NCBI GenBank assembly: GCA_011364905.1
Contig: RDNZ01000001.1
Span: 130,803 to 194,802, forward strand
Origin: Candidatus Thorarchaeota archaeon
Lineage (GTDB): Archaea > Asgardarchaeota > Thorarchaeia > Thorarchaeales > Thorarchaeaceae
DNA: 64,000 bases
Direction of reading: 5' to 3'
The notes under the pieces were generated by a model. The model did not search any database and was not told where the DNA came from. It saw nothing but the letters and a program-made list of their open reading frames with translations. A program made the position numbers and the translations under genes. Below, in pieces: positions 30,687 through 38,757 of this stretch (positions are counted from its first letter, which is position 1; every line of letters starts with the position of its first letter).

Positions 30687-32417
30687 ATGATTTCGATAGA
30701 GAAGAAAGATGGCGTGCCAATGTGCACACTGGAACAGTACGAAACTGACTTTGCTGATAGACATCTGGTCCATGGAGTGATTGAGAAGTGGGCAAAAGAG
30801 AAACCTGAGGAGATCGGACTAATCTGTGCAGATGACGGTAGGGAATTCTCATGGAGAACGATTCACCAATCAGCGACCGCAATTGCACTCAAGTTGACTG
30901 AAATGGGATTCAAGAAAGGTGATTTTCTGGCCACTTCATTGCCATTTCTCCCTGAGCACATATTCCTACAGTATGCTTGTTTTCAGATTGGAGTAATCCA
31001 CGTACCTCTGGATTTAAGGTTGAAAGCTCCAGAAGTCATTCGTTGTCTGACTCTGGTGAAAGCGAAGGCGTATTGCCATTTGGGAAAGACACCTAATGCA
31101 GACTTTGGAGCACTGGGAGTCGCGGTCAGACAGAATTGCCCATTTGTAAAGCACTTCATCCAATTCTCGAAACCTGAGGAGTGTAACGAGGGATCAATAT
31201 CAGTGTTTACATTTGCAAAGGAGGCAGAAGACTTAGCTGAACTAGTCCTTTCTGGCAAAGCTCCAGAACTGGTTCAGAAATTCTCAGATGCAAAAGATAG
31301 TATAGTTGAAACTGATGGGTGTCAAGTAATTTATACCACTGGTTCTACTGGAGCTCCAAAACCTGCACTTCTCTCTCACCGCGGAATCACATCCCAGAAT
31401 CTGACTCTGGGAATGGGCTTTGACATGACAGAGAAAGACACCATGTGCGTGAACTTACCCCCGAGTCATGTCGGAGGCCAAGCTGAGCAATTGATGACTC
31501 CCTGGTTCTTTGGTGGAAAATGTGTGGTCCTCCACATTTTCAAACCGGATCTCACTTTGGAAGCAATTCAAAAGTATAAGGTGACGCTCTTTGGACAGAT
31601 ACCTGCTCTCTTTGCCATGGAGTGGCGTCTTCCCAATTATGCGGACTATGACCTCTCCAGTCTTAAATTCGGACTGTACGGAGGGCAAGCGGTCTCACGC
31701 CAATTCCTAGAGCAGCTGCAAAAGATGACTCCGAGATTCGGAACAGGCCTGGGTCTGACAGAAACTTCGGGTTTTTGCACTTACACACCGCTCGATGGTA
31801 CTGTAGATGACATTCTTGCAGGAGTTGGTTATGCAATGCCCATTACGCCCATTTCTATTCGAGAGCCTATGCTTCCAGACGGGAAAGCTGGGAAAGAAAT
31901 GCCTCCCGGAGAGAATGGAGAGATCTGTTTCAAGGGGCCACAACTATTCCTAGGTTATGTGAATAATGAGGAGGCGACCCGGAAGACAATCTCGAGCGAC
32001 GGATGGTTGTACACCGGTGATTATGGCAGCTATGATGAGAAAGGATTGCATCTTGCTGGTCGAACCAAGCTAATAATCAAGCCGAAGGGATACAATGTCT
32101 TTCCTACAGAGGTTGAGAATTTCATTATGAACGCATTGAAAGAGAAAGTAGCTGGTGTCGCCTGTGTTGGAGTCAAGCATGAAGTATTCATCGAAGCGAT
32201 CTTTGCATTCGTAGTAGCAAAACCAGGCATGGAGGTCACTCCTGAGGAGGTTTATGAGGCAGCAAAAGGAATGGCTTCTTACAAGCGTCCATCACATGTC
32301 GAAATTATTACAGAGATGCCCTTGAACCGTGTGGCAAAAACAGACTATGTTGCCTTAAAGGAAGACGCAGATAAAATCGTTGAAGAACTCCGTGCAGCTA
32401 GTAAATGGGATAATTGA
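30687..32417 (+). CDS. AMP-dependent acyl-CoA synthetase
   Basis: YTTGSTGAPK, GLTET, GWLYTGD and YKRP. Confidence 0.92.
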   Translation: MISIEKKDGVPMCTLEQYETDFADRHLVHGVIEKWAKEKPEEIGLICADDGREFSWRTIHQSATAIALKLTEMGFKKGDFLATSLPFLPEHIFLQYACFQIGVIHVPLDLRLKAPEVIRCLTLVKAKAYCHLGKTPNADFGALGVAVRQNCPFVKHFIQFSKPEECNEGSISVFTFAKEAEDLAELVLSGKAPELVQKFSDAKDSIVETDGCQVIYTTGSTGAPKPALLSHRGITSQNLTLGMGFDMTEKDTMCVNLPPSHVGGQAEQLMTPWFFGGKCVVLHIFKPDLTLEAIQKYKVTLFGQIPALFAMEWRLPNYADYDLSSLKFGLYGGQAVSRQFLEQLQKMTPRFGTGLGLTETSGFCTYTPLDGTVDDILAGVGYAMPITPISIREPMLPDGKAGKEMPPGENGEICFKGPQLFLGYVNNEEATRKTISSDGWLYTGDYGSYDEKGLHLAGRTKLIIKPKGYNVFPTEVENFIMNALKEKVAGVACVGVKHEVFIEAIFAFVVAKPGMEVTPEEVYEAAKGMASYKRPSHVEIITEMPLNRVAKTDYVALKEDADKIVEELRAASKWDN

Positions 32418-32436
32418 ATATTACTCGAATAAAATT

Positions 32437-32517
32437 AGAAAGGATGGAAGGAGGTGCGACCCGCGCAAGTTTGCGGTTTGTGCCAGATTCAAACAGTTTC
32501 GTTTACAGTCCTTCTCC
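32437..32517. repeat. Degenerate copy of the vhuU SECIS/terminator region (direct repeat of 33833-33917)
   Basis: 31 bp identical (AGAAAGGATGGAAGGAGGTGCGACCCGCGCA, 32437-32467 = 33833-33863), plus TTCGTTTACAG shared at 32498 and 33893. Confidence 0.9.
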
Positions 32518-33766
32518 TCTTGATTGCAATAGGTAGTACAATTAAGATAACGATGATGGGGATTGAAACTCCGACATAGATTCTGAGAGGCAATAGAGAT
32601 ACGCCACTATTCGTAGGTTCACCATTAGTAGTAAGAGGATCATGATTGATGTTGGACCAATTGAGTCTGTATGAATTTGCTGAGGGAACATATTCAGCCA
32701 GATATTCCCGTGCTTTTTCAACATTCAATTTACCATATCCAGATTTGTCATCCCATCCTTCGTCGAGAATATCTGTTGCACCCCAGACTAAGGCATCTTC
32801 AATTTGACTATTTGATGCCCATGGAAACTGATTCCAGAGAAGAACAGCTGAAGCCGCTGCTATTGGTGTTGAACAGGATGATCCTCCGAATGTCCCATAG
32901 GTAGCTGTTGCTTGCATGTAAGCCGGAATTCCTCCTGCAGGAGCAAGCAAGAACAATTGATTCCCATAACCGCCGTCTACATAGGACCCACTGCTATCGA
33001 ACCTACCAATACCGCGAGCAAAGGGAAGAGCTGTAGGAACGTCCATGGGATGCAACGGGTACAGCACATTATCAACAGCAACAAAGAATAAGGCATTTCC
33101 ACCCTCATAGAGTTCTGTAACTTTGTTTTGAAGGTCAACCAAGACTGGATCATCAAGTTCAATCCAATACAAAGTATCCAAAAAACTCATCGTGAAAACC
33201 ATCTTTCCAAAACTTGAACCCCACTCAAAAATGTCAGTCAATTGCTTCACATACGTACGACAGTACGTAAAATCATCCTCAGGATAGTTACCCCAAGACC
33301 ATACACTATACAGTGGAGCATTGACTATTCCAGCTACACCTATTCCATTGTTGATTGTGGAAGCTGCGACTGATGCCACTGCAGCTTCATGTGAATTATA
33401 ACTGACACTTGGATATGACAAATATTCTGAATACTCTGCATTCCACGCAAAACTCGCTCGTTCTGTGATGTTGAGGTCTCCATTTTGGTCATCGATAATG
33501 GGCTGTCCAATGACACAGAGACCAACTGCTCCAGGAGAATAGAAGGAATAGCCGTGGTCCCAAACACTGTGGATCTTGATAGCATCCAGATGCCAGGGAT
33601 TACCTATGGGATCGTCTGGGATGAATCCTCCTACAATAGGGCGAATACCAAATGTCGGGATTATAATCAGGAAGATTATCAAACCAACAAGAGCCATTGG
33701 CTTCGAAACACATGACTTAGAACTTGCTTTCTCATTGCTCACAGGTCTCAACTCAGATGAAACCAA
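32489..33766 (-). CDS. Divergent subtilisin-like (S8) protease with N- and C-terminal membrane segments
   Basis: WHLDAI, SHEAAVAS...NNGIGVAGI, LLAPA, GSSCSTP, G.DDKSGYG.LN. Confidence 0.8.
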   Translation of the reverse strand: MVSSELRPVSNEKASSKSCVSKPMALVGLIIFLIIIPTFGIRPIVGGFIPDDPIGNPWHLDAIKIHSVWDHGYSFYSPGAVGLCVIGQPIIDDQNGDLNITERASFAWNAEYSEYLSYPSVSYNSHEAAVASVAASTINNGIGVAGIVNAPLYSVWSWGNYPEDDFTYCRTYVKQLTDIFEWGSSFGKMVFTMSFLDTLYWIELDDPVLVDLQNKVTELYEGGNALFFVAVDNVLYPLHPMDVPTALPFARGIGRFDSSGSYVDGGYGNQLFLLAPAGGIPAYMQATATYGTFGGSSCSTPIAAASAVLLWNQFPWASNSQIEDALVWGATDILDEGWDDKSGYGKLNVEKAREYLAEYVPSANSYRLNWSNINHDPLTTNGEPTNSGVSLLPLRIYVGVSIPIIVILIVLPIAIKRRRTVNETV

Positions 33767-33841
33767 TTTGTTGCTATAGAATCAAAATTCCTTGAATTAA
33801 GAACACTCATCCCAGCAACGGATTAGCAAAAAAGAAAGGAT

Positions 33842-33940
33842 GGAAGGAGGTGCGACCCGCGCACCCTTGCGGGGTGTGTCAAGCCCGGCCCGTTCGTTTA
33901 CAGCCGAACCTTCATCCGCCGCCGGTCACTAGCTCCTTCC
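33842..33940 (-). promoter_or_regulatory. Eukaryote-type SECIS element (core 33878-33915) with extended basal stem
   Basis: Minus strand: AUGA-AGGUUCGGCU-GUAAACGAACG-GGCCGGGCUU-GAC, i.e. AUGA/GA core, 10-bp helix and apical AAA. Basal pairing GGAAGGAG/CUCCUUCC and GUGACC/GGUCGC. Confidence 0.85.
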
Positions 33941-34064
33941 TGACTAACTCGCGACCCTCATCGTCTACAACGACCAGATGAGCGCCGCAGGATAGTCAGC
34001 AGTCATAACACCGAACAACCATCTCAATGATGTTCAGTATTCCTTCAGGTATTTCGTCAGTCAT
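33912..34064 (-). CDS. vhuU: Selenocysteine-containing [NiFeSe]-hydrogenase small peptide subunit (50 aa; in-frame TGA at 33996-33998 = Sec23)
   Basis: MTDEIPEGILNIIEMVVRCYDC-U-LSCGAHLVVVDDEGRELVRKELVTGGG*; AAGGTG SD; directly follows an mvhA lacking this motif; SECIS downstream. Confidence 0.92.
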
Positions 34065-34075
34065 AGTGTACACCT

Positions 34076-35392
34076 TTATTTTTTGACCATTGGCTCAGGG
34101 AGTTTGAGACCCTCGAGAGCCTTGTCCTCGAAAATCTGCTTAGCCGCGACCATGAGGCTCTTCTCGATACCTGCAATGTTGTTGTTTGTCGCAACCACCA
34201 GATTAGCTTTAGTAAGCATTCCTTTTTCGTCTGATACATAGTTGTGCATCAGTGTTCCTCGTGGAGCCTCAACGATACCGACACCGTTTCCAGCTTTGGG
34301 TTCAACATCCACAACCTTCACATCAGTGTCGCAAATGTCTGGATCATTGAGGAGCTTGGCAATCCACTCGAAGGCCTGGACCATCTCCACTATCCTTGCA
34401 TAGTGATATGCAAAGGTGTGATGTGAAGGTCGACCAACCAATTCACGCATCTCCTTGAGGGCGGCATCAGCTAGCGGAGTAGCCATTCTCTCATTTACAT
34501 TGCACCTTGCTAGCGTATTAGCTCTCCAAATTCCCTCTGGATATCCTGCTGGTTTGTAGTATATGTGAGTTGCGTAGCTATGGTCCGATACATACTCACC
34601 GTAGTACTTCGTGTAGTCCTTTGGCTCAAAGTCAGCTACAATCTCACCACCAGGCTCCTGCACTCGAACAGTGCCATCATAGATGTCAAGTGTTCCCTTG
34701 TTTGAAAGACCGAGGTAGTAGGTTGGCACGACAGCTACCTTTGTGATAACATCGAGATAGTCTGTGACAACCTTCTTCGCAAGGTCCACTGTGTTCAAAG
34801 TCAATTGTTGAATCTCCTCGAGTCTTCCTAGAAAGAAGTCACGGTCTTCCTCCTTCAACGATGTTAACATTCCTCCGGGAATCGCTGTTGTTGGGTGGAC
34901 CGCCTTTGCTCCTACAGTCTTGATCAGCTCCTGGCCAAACTCCATCATCTTGATGGCTTGGACTGCCACATCAGGGAGGTCTCGTAAGACTGCAGCAACG
35001 TTCCTGTCCGCAGGATTGGCAAAAGGTCCGTAGACGAAGTCTGGTGCCGCAAGAGCATAGAAGTGAATCACATGCGAGGAGAACTGCTTTGCTTCAATCA
35101 TCAGTCTGCGCAACTTGACTGCAGTTGGAGTTGGTGAAACTCCCCAAGCAGCCTCAACTGCTTTCACAGATGCGAGATGATGGGGGATTGGGCAGATTCC
35201 ACAGATTCTTGGTGCAATTCTAGGAGCCTCTTCCATTGGGCGACCCTCTAGAAACTTCTCAAAGAATCTTGTGGAGTTCACATTAAACTGAACGTCCTTG
35301 ACCTTGCCATCCTTCCCAAGCTTCAGAGTAAGGGAACCATGTCCTTCGAGTCGAGTAACTGGATCAATTCGAATAGTCTTTTCTTCGGTCAC
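34076..35392 (-). CDS. mvhA: Group 3c [NiFe(Se)]-hydrogenase large subunit, split form without the C-terminal CxxC
   Basis: PVTRLEGH, RFFEKFLEGR, RICGICPIPHH, VEAPRGTL.H.Y, VATNNN; no DPCxxC at the end. Confidence 0.95.
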   Translation of the reverse strand: MTEEKTIRIDPVTRLEGHGSLTLKLGKDGKVKDVQFNVNSTRFFEKFLEGRPMEEAPRIAPRICGICPIPHHLASVKAVEAAWGVSPTPTAVKLRRLMIEAKQFSSHVIHFYALAAPDFVYGPFANPADRNVAAVLRDLPDVAVQAIKMMEFGQELIKTVGAKAVHPTTAIPGGMLTSLKEEDRDFFLGRLEEIQQLTLNTVDLAKKVVTDYLDVITKVAVVPTYYLGLSNKGTLDIYDGTVRVQEPGGEIVADFEPKDYTKYYGEYVSDHSYATHIYYKPAGYPEGIWRANTLARCNVNERMATPLADAALKEMRELVGRPSHHTFAYHYARIVEMVQAFEWIAKLLNDPDICDTDVKVVDVEPKAGNGVGIVEAPRGTLMHNYVSDEKGMLTKANLVVATNNNIAGIEKSLMVAAKQIFEDKALEGLKLPEPMVKK

Positions 35393-36312
35393 CGGGTTTT
35401 AACCTCTTCTCGCTTGATTCGTATTTGCCCTAAGTTACTGGTAGCATAGTCGAAACGATAGAATGTCCCTAACGGGTCTTTTACTTGTTCTTTGATTTGT
35501 TCGGAGGGGAGAGGAGCGTATGTGCCAAGCATTGCCATAGAGTTGGCGCCATGATCCTGCAATATTGGAGGAGGCGGGCCAAAACAACCCCTGCAAGTGG
35601 CACCCTTATTCACGCACTGACCCTCGCATAATCCCCAAGTTGACGAACCCATGCAGATGTAGCCCTGCTCAAGAAGACATCTGTCTGGATCCGCGATTCC
35701 TTGATACGGGCGTAAGATTTTCTCAACGGGGGTCTCTTTCTTCTCACGTTCGCAGTAATGACAAACTGTATGTGGTGGAAGTTCGATAGGTTCGCCAGCA
35801 AGAAGCTTCGTAACAGCTGTGAGAATCAGTTTAGAAGTGGGGGGACAGCCGGGAAGGTAGATATCTATGTCTACAAAGCTGTTGTTAGGTTTCACCACGG
35901 GAGCAATACCAGGCAGATTCTCACTTGGAACCTTTCCACCAGTCACAGTAGCATTCTCGCGAAACTTGACATCATAGCACTCCTCTATATCGGAAAAGTT
36001 TGCTAGACCTGGAATTCCGCCGAAGCATGAACATGAACCAAATGCAATCAGTACTTGGCATTTATCACGCAACAACTTGAGAAGGTGAATATCCTCCTCA
36101 GTCCGGGCCATTCCTTCATACAGACCGACAACTATAGATTTGTCTTCGTAACTCTCGAGGTGATGGAGTTTGAAGTCAGCCACTGCTTGCCAGTACTTTA
36201 TTTCAAGAGCTGGGAGAACTTGAGCCAAATTGAGATGGATGTCCACAAGGCTTTGGAAGCAGCCCCAGCAGGAACTGCCTTGGCCCATTGCAATGGAAAC
36301 AGGATCAGCCAA
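35389..36312 (-). CDS. mvhG: F420-non-reducing hydrogenase small (Fe-S) subunit
   Basis: CWGC, FGSCSCFGGIPGLAN, PGCPP, CHYC, CLLEQGYICMG and CRGCFGP. Confidence 0.93.
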   Translation of the reverse strand: MADPVSIAMGQGSSCWGCFQSLVDIHLNLAQVLPALEIKYWQAVADFKLHHLESYEDKSIVVGLYEGMARTEEDIHLLKLLRDKCQVLIAFGSCSCFGGIPGLANFSDIEECYDVKFRENATVTGGKVPSENLPGIAPVVKPNNSFVDIDIYLPGCPPTSKLILTAVTKLLAGEPIELPPHTVCHYCEREKKETPVEKILRPYQGIADPDRCLLEQGYICMGSSTWGLCEGQCVNKGATCRGCFGPPPPILQDHGANSMAMLGTYAPLPSEQIKEQVKDPLGTFYRFDYATSNLGQIRIKREEVKTR

Positions 36313-36314
36313 TC

Positions 36315-36557
36315 TCAGACCTCCTTCAGTGTGTAGACCATCTCGTCATTTTCTTCTCCGGTCACTTCGACTTCGCCCCAACGAAGCATCCCCAGTAGGT
36401 TCCAAACAACCAAATCAGTATCGTATTGCGTCGCCTCTGCAATCTTCGATACCGGGGCAGGTCCGCCCTTGAGGAAGTCGCCAATGGCTTTTCGTTGTTT
36501 GCGAACATCGCCTCGTTTTTGCGAGAAGAAACGTCCAAACATATTACTCAAACCCAT
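36315..36557 (-). CDS. Small winged-helix protein within the mvh operon
   Basis: 80 aa; I.DFLKGGPAPVSKIAEAT...G.VEV...YTL wHTH pattern; tightly packed between mvhD and mvhG. Confidence 0.75.
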   Translation of the reverse strand: MGLSNMFGRFFSQKRGDVRKQRKAIGDFLKGGPAPVSKIAEATQYDTDLVVWNLLGMLRWGEVEVTGEENDEMVYTLKEV

Positions 36558-37003
36558 TCCCTCCTTATTGGTCCAAGCTTTCGTACTTGTTCGGTGAGTG
36601 TCCTAACACCATCTGCGAAAACCTGCGCCTCTGAGGCACTCGCCCATTGAAGCCGCACCCTACGAGGATCGACTCCAGCCTGTTCGATGGCAGTCTCCAT
36701 TAGAGCCCATCGAGCCCGGGCTTTCAGATTTCCACTTGTATAATGGCAGTCACCAGGATGACACCCAGAAACAAGCACACCATCTGCGCCCATATTCAGC
36801 GCAGCCAGAATGAATTCTGGACTTATTCGTCCTGTGCAGTTCACTCGAAGAATTCTTGCATTCGTCGGGTACTGTATCCTGCTCGTCCCTGCAAGGTCAG
36901 CACCTGCATACGAACACCAATTACAGCAGAACGCCATAATCTTTGGTTCCCATTCTCCTTGTGAGTCCACAGTTTCAGTAGTTGATAATGACGTTGATGT
37001 CAT
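36548..37003 (-). CDS. mvhD: MvhD [2Fe-2S] subunit, Cys form
   Basis: FCCNWCSYAGADLAG, CTGRI and GCHPGDCHY. Confidence 0.93.
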   Translation of the reverse strand: MTSTSLSTTETVDSQGEWEPKIMAFCCNWCSYAGADLAGTSRIQYPTNARILRVNCTGRISPEFILAALNMGADGVLVSGCHPGDCHYTSGNLKARARWALMETAIEQAGVDPRRVRLQWASASEAQVFADGVRTLTEQVRKLGPIRREWV

Positions 37004-37004
37004 T

Positions 37005-38753
37005 CTATCCACCTCCTTGTATTGATGGTGAAGGGCATAGGAATGCCTCCACCATTGTTAGAATCTGATCATCAGTTGAGTGATACATCACAATAGCGCT
37101 ACTCGGACAAGCGGCAGCGCAGGTTCCACAGCCGTGACATTTTGCCTCGGTCACTACAGCTATTGGCGGATCTTTGGTTTCATCCATTGAAATCGCATTG
37201 TAAGCACAAGCAGTGAGGCATGTGTGACAGCTTGAGCAAAGCTCAGGAATGACATGTGATACAGTGGATTCAATCTCCACTTCACCCTGAGCCATTAGAC
37301 CCACAGCCTTGGCAGCGGCGCCACTAGCGTCAATGACCGATTCTGAAGCATTCTTGGCTGCTTGAGCGGCGCCTGCGATCATCACACCAGCAGTATGAGT
37401 TGTGAGTGGTGCAAGTTTGATATGCTCTGGATTGAAGAACCCATCACCGCTTCGGGTGAGACTGAACAGATGCGAGGTCTCTTCAACATCCTCTGGAGGA
37501 ATCATCGCAGATGCAAGAACCACCATGTCAGGCTCAAACTCAAGATCCTCGTCAGCAAGAACATCGCGCCACTTTATCGTGATTTTGCTTTTCTTGACAA
37601 TGACGTCAGGATATTCGTTCTGCGGGAACTTACTATAGATGACATGCTTCTGTCGAGCCATTCGATGAAACTCTTCATGCCCTTTACCATAAGTTCGAAT
37701 ATCCTGATACAAGACCAGTACTTCATCAACACGGTCTCTCAAATCAGCAGCTGCCTTTGCCGTGGCTGAGCAGCAGTGACGCGAACAATGTTCGTGCCCT
37801 TTAACACCTGGTTGACGAGACCCGACACAGCCGATGAAGACAACCTTCTTCACTGGCTTGCCATTACTGATTTTCAGAAGTTGTTCACTACGAGGAAGCT
37901 CCTGAAGTTCAGCCAAAGTAAGTATGTCAGGGGACTCACCATAGGAATAGTAGCCAACTGGTTTGAATGGTTCAAATCCAGTAGTCACAATCACTGCACC
38001 CACCTCATATCGTTCCTCTTTCTCAGTCTTAAGATTCTTGACAGTGACCCCGAAGTTTCCAATGTAACCATCAAACTCAGAGACCTTGCTCTCTGTGAGG
38101 ATTTTGATTCGTTTGTTTTTCTTGACGTCTCGAATAAGTGGTTTGATTATATCAGCTCCGGTTTCATCAGAGGGGAAAAGATGAGTCCATTTGGCAACAT
38201 TACCACCAAGCTTCGGTGTCTTTTCGACAAGCAACACATCAAATCCACGGTCTGCTATGTCTAATGATGCTCTAAGACCAGCAATACCACCGCCAACCAC
38301 CAGAGTTGTAGGAAGAACATTGACCTTTTTTATCGGCAGATTTTGTAGCTTAGATGCACGCGCAACAGACATTCTTACGAGGTCTATAGCTTTCTCTGTC
38401 GCAAGTTCTGGTTCTCTCATGTGGCACCAAGATACATGTTCCCGAAGGTTGACCTGGTCAAACAGATACCTATTGAGGCCTGCCTCCTCCACAACTCGAC
38501 GGAACGTGGGCTCATGCATACGAGGCGAGCAGCTGGCAACAACAACTCGGTTGAGATTATGTTCTTTGATCTTCTCTTTGATGAGCGTCTGCCCAGCATC
38601 CGAGCACATGAACATCTCATCTGCTGCAAAAGCAACACCTGGCAGATTCGATGCCATATGCGCCACTGCTTCAACATCAACAGTACCAGCTATGTTGTGC
38701 CCACAGTGACAGACAAACACTCCGATTCTTGGTTCATCTTCTGTTCCTGACAT
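37005..38753 (-). CDS. hdrA: HdrA-like subunit lacking the inserted ferredoxin domain
   Basis: IGVFVCHCG, ASCSPRMHE, GGGIAG, CVGSR, CSRHCC, C-terminal ferredoxin; FPSDETGA replaces DCxxC. Confidence 0.88.
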   Translation of the reverse strand: MSGTEDEPRIGVFVCHCGHNIAGTVDVEAVAHMASNLPGVAFAADEMFMCSDAGQTLIKEKIKEHNLNRVVVASCSPRMHEPTFRRVVEEAGLNRYLFDQVNLREHVSWCHMREPELATEKAIDLVRMSVARASKLQNLPIKKVNVLPTTLVVGGGIAGLRASLDIADRGFDVLLVEKTPKLGGNVAKWTHLFPSDETGADIIKPLIRDVKKNKRIKILTESKVSEFDGYIGNFGVTVKNLKTEKEERYEVGAVIVTTGFEPFKPVGYYSYGESPDILTLAELQELPRSEQLLKISNGKPVKKVVFIGCVGSRQPGVKGHEHCSRHCCSATAKAAADLRDRVDEVLVLYQDIRTYGKGHEEFHRMARQKHVIYSKFPQNEYPDVIVKKSKITIKWRDVLADEDLEFEPDMVVLASAMIPPEDVEETSHLFSLTRSGDGFFNPEHIKLAPLTTHTAGVMIAGAAQAAKNASESVIDASGAAAKAVGLMAQGEVEIESTVSHVIPELCSSCHTCLTACAYNAISMDETKDPPIAVVTEAKCHGCGTCAAACPSSAIVMYHSTDDQILTMVEAFLCPSPSIQGGG

Positions 38754-38757
38754 TATG

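Noticed and set aside
32437-32517. A second functional SECIS serving the S8 gene
   Set aside because: The AUGA core and helix pairing are lost, and the S8 ORF has no in-frame TGA.
32437-33863. CRISPR array or IS ends
   Set aside because: Only two direct copies 1.4 kb apart; no spacers, cas genes, inverted repeats or transposase.
33775-33914. Multi-Sec extension of VhuU through the further in-frame TGAs
   Set aside because: The read-through sequence runs through the SECIS and T-rich terminator and does not look like protein. The 50-aa product already has a normal post-His tail.
34057-34239. 60-aa minus-strand ORF at the mvhA 3' end as a frameshifted continuation
   Set aside because: No hydrogenase motif; vhuU has its own SD and ATG.
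34076-35392. mvhA as a truncated pseudogene
   Set aside because: The missing C-terminal motif is encoded by the adjacent vhuU ORF, which is a known split architecture.
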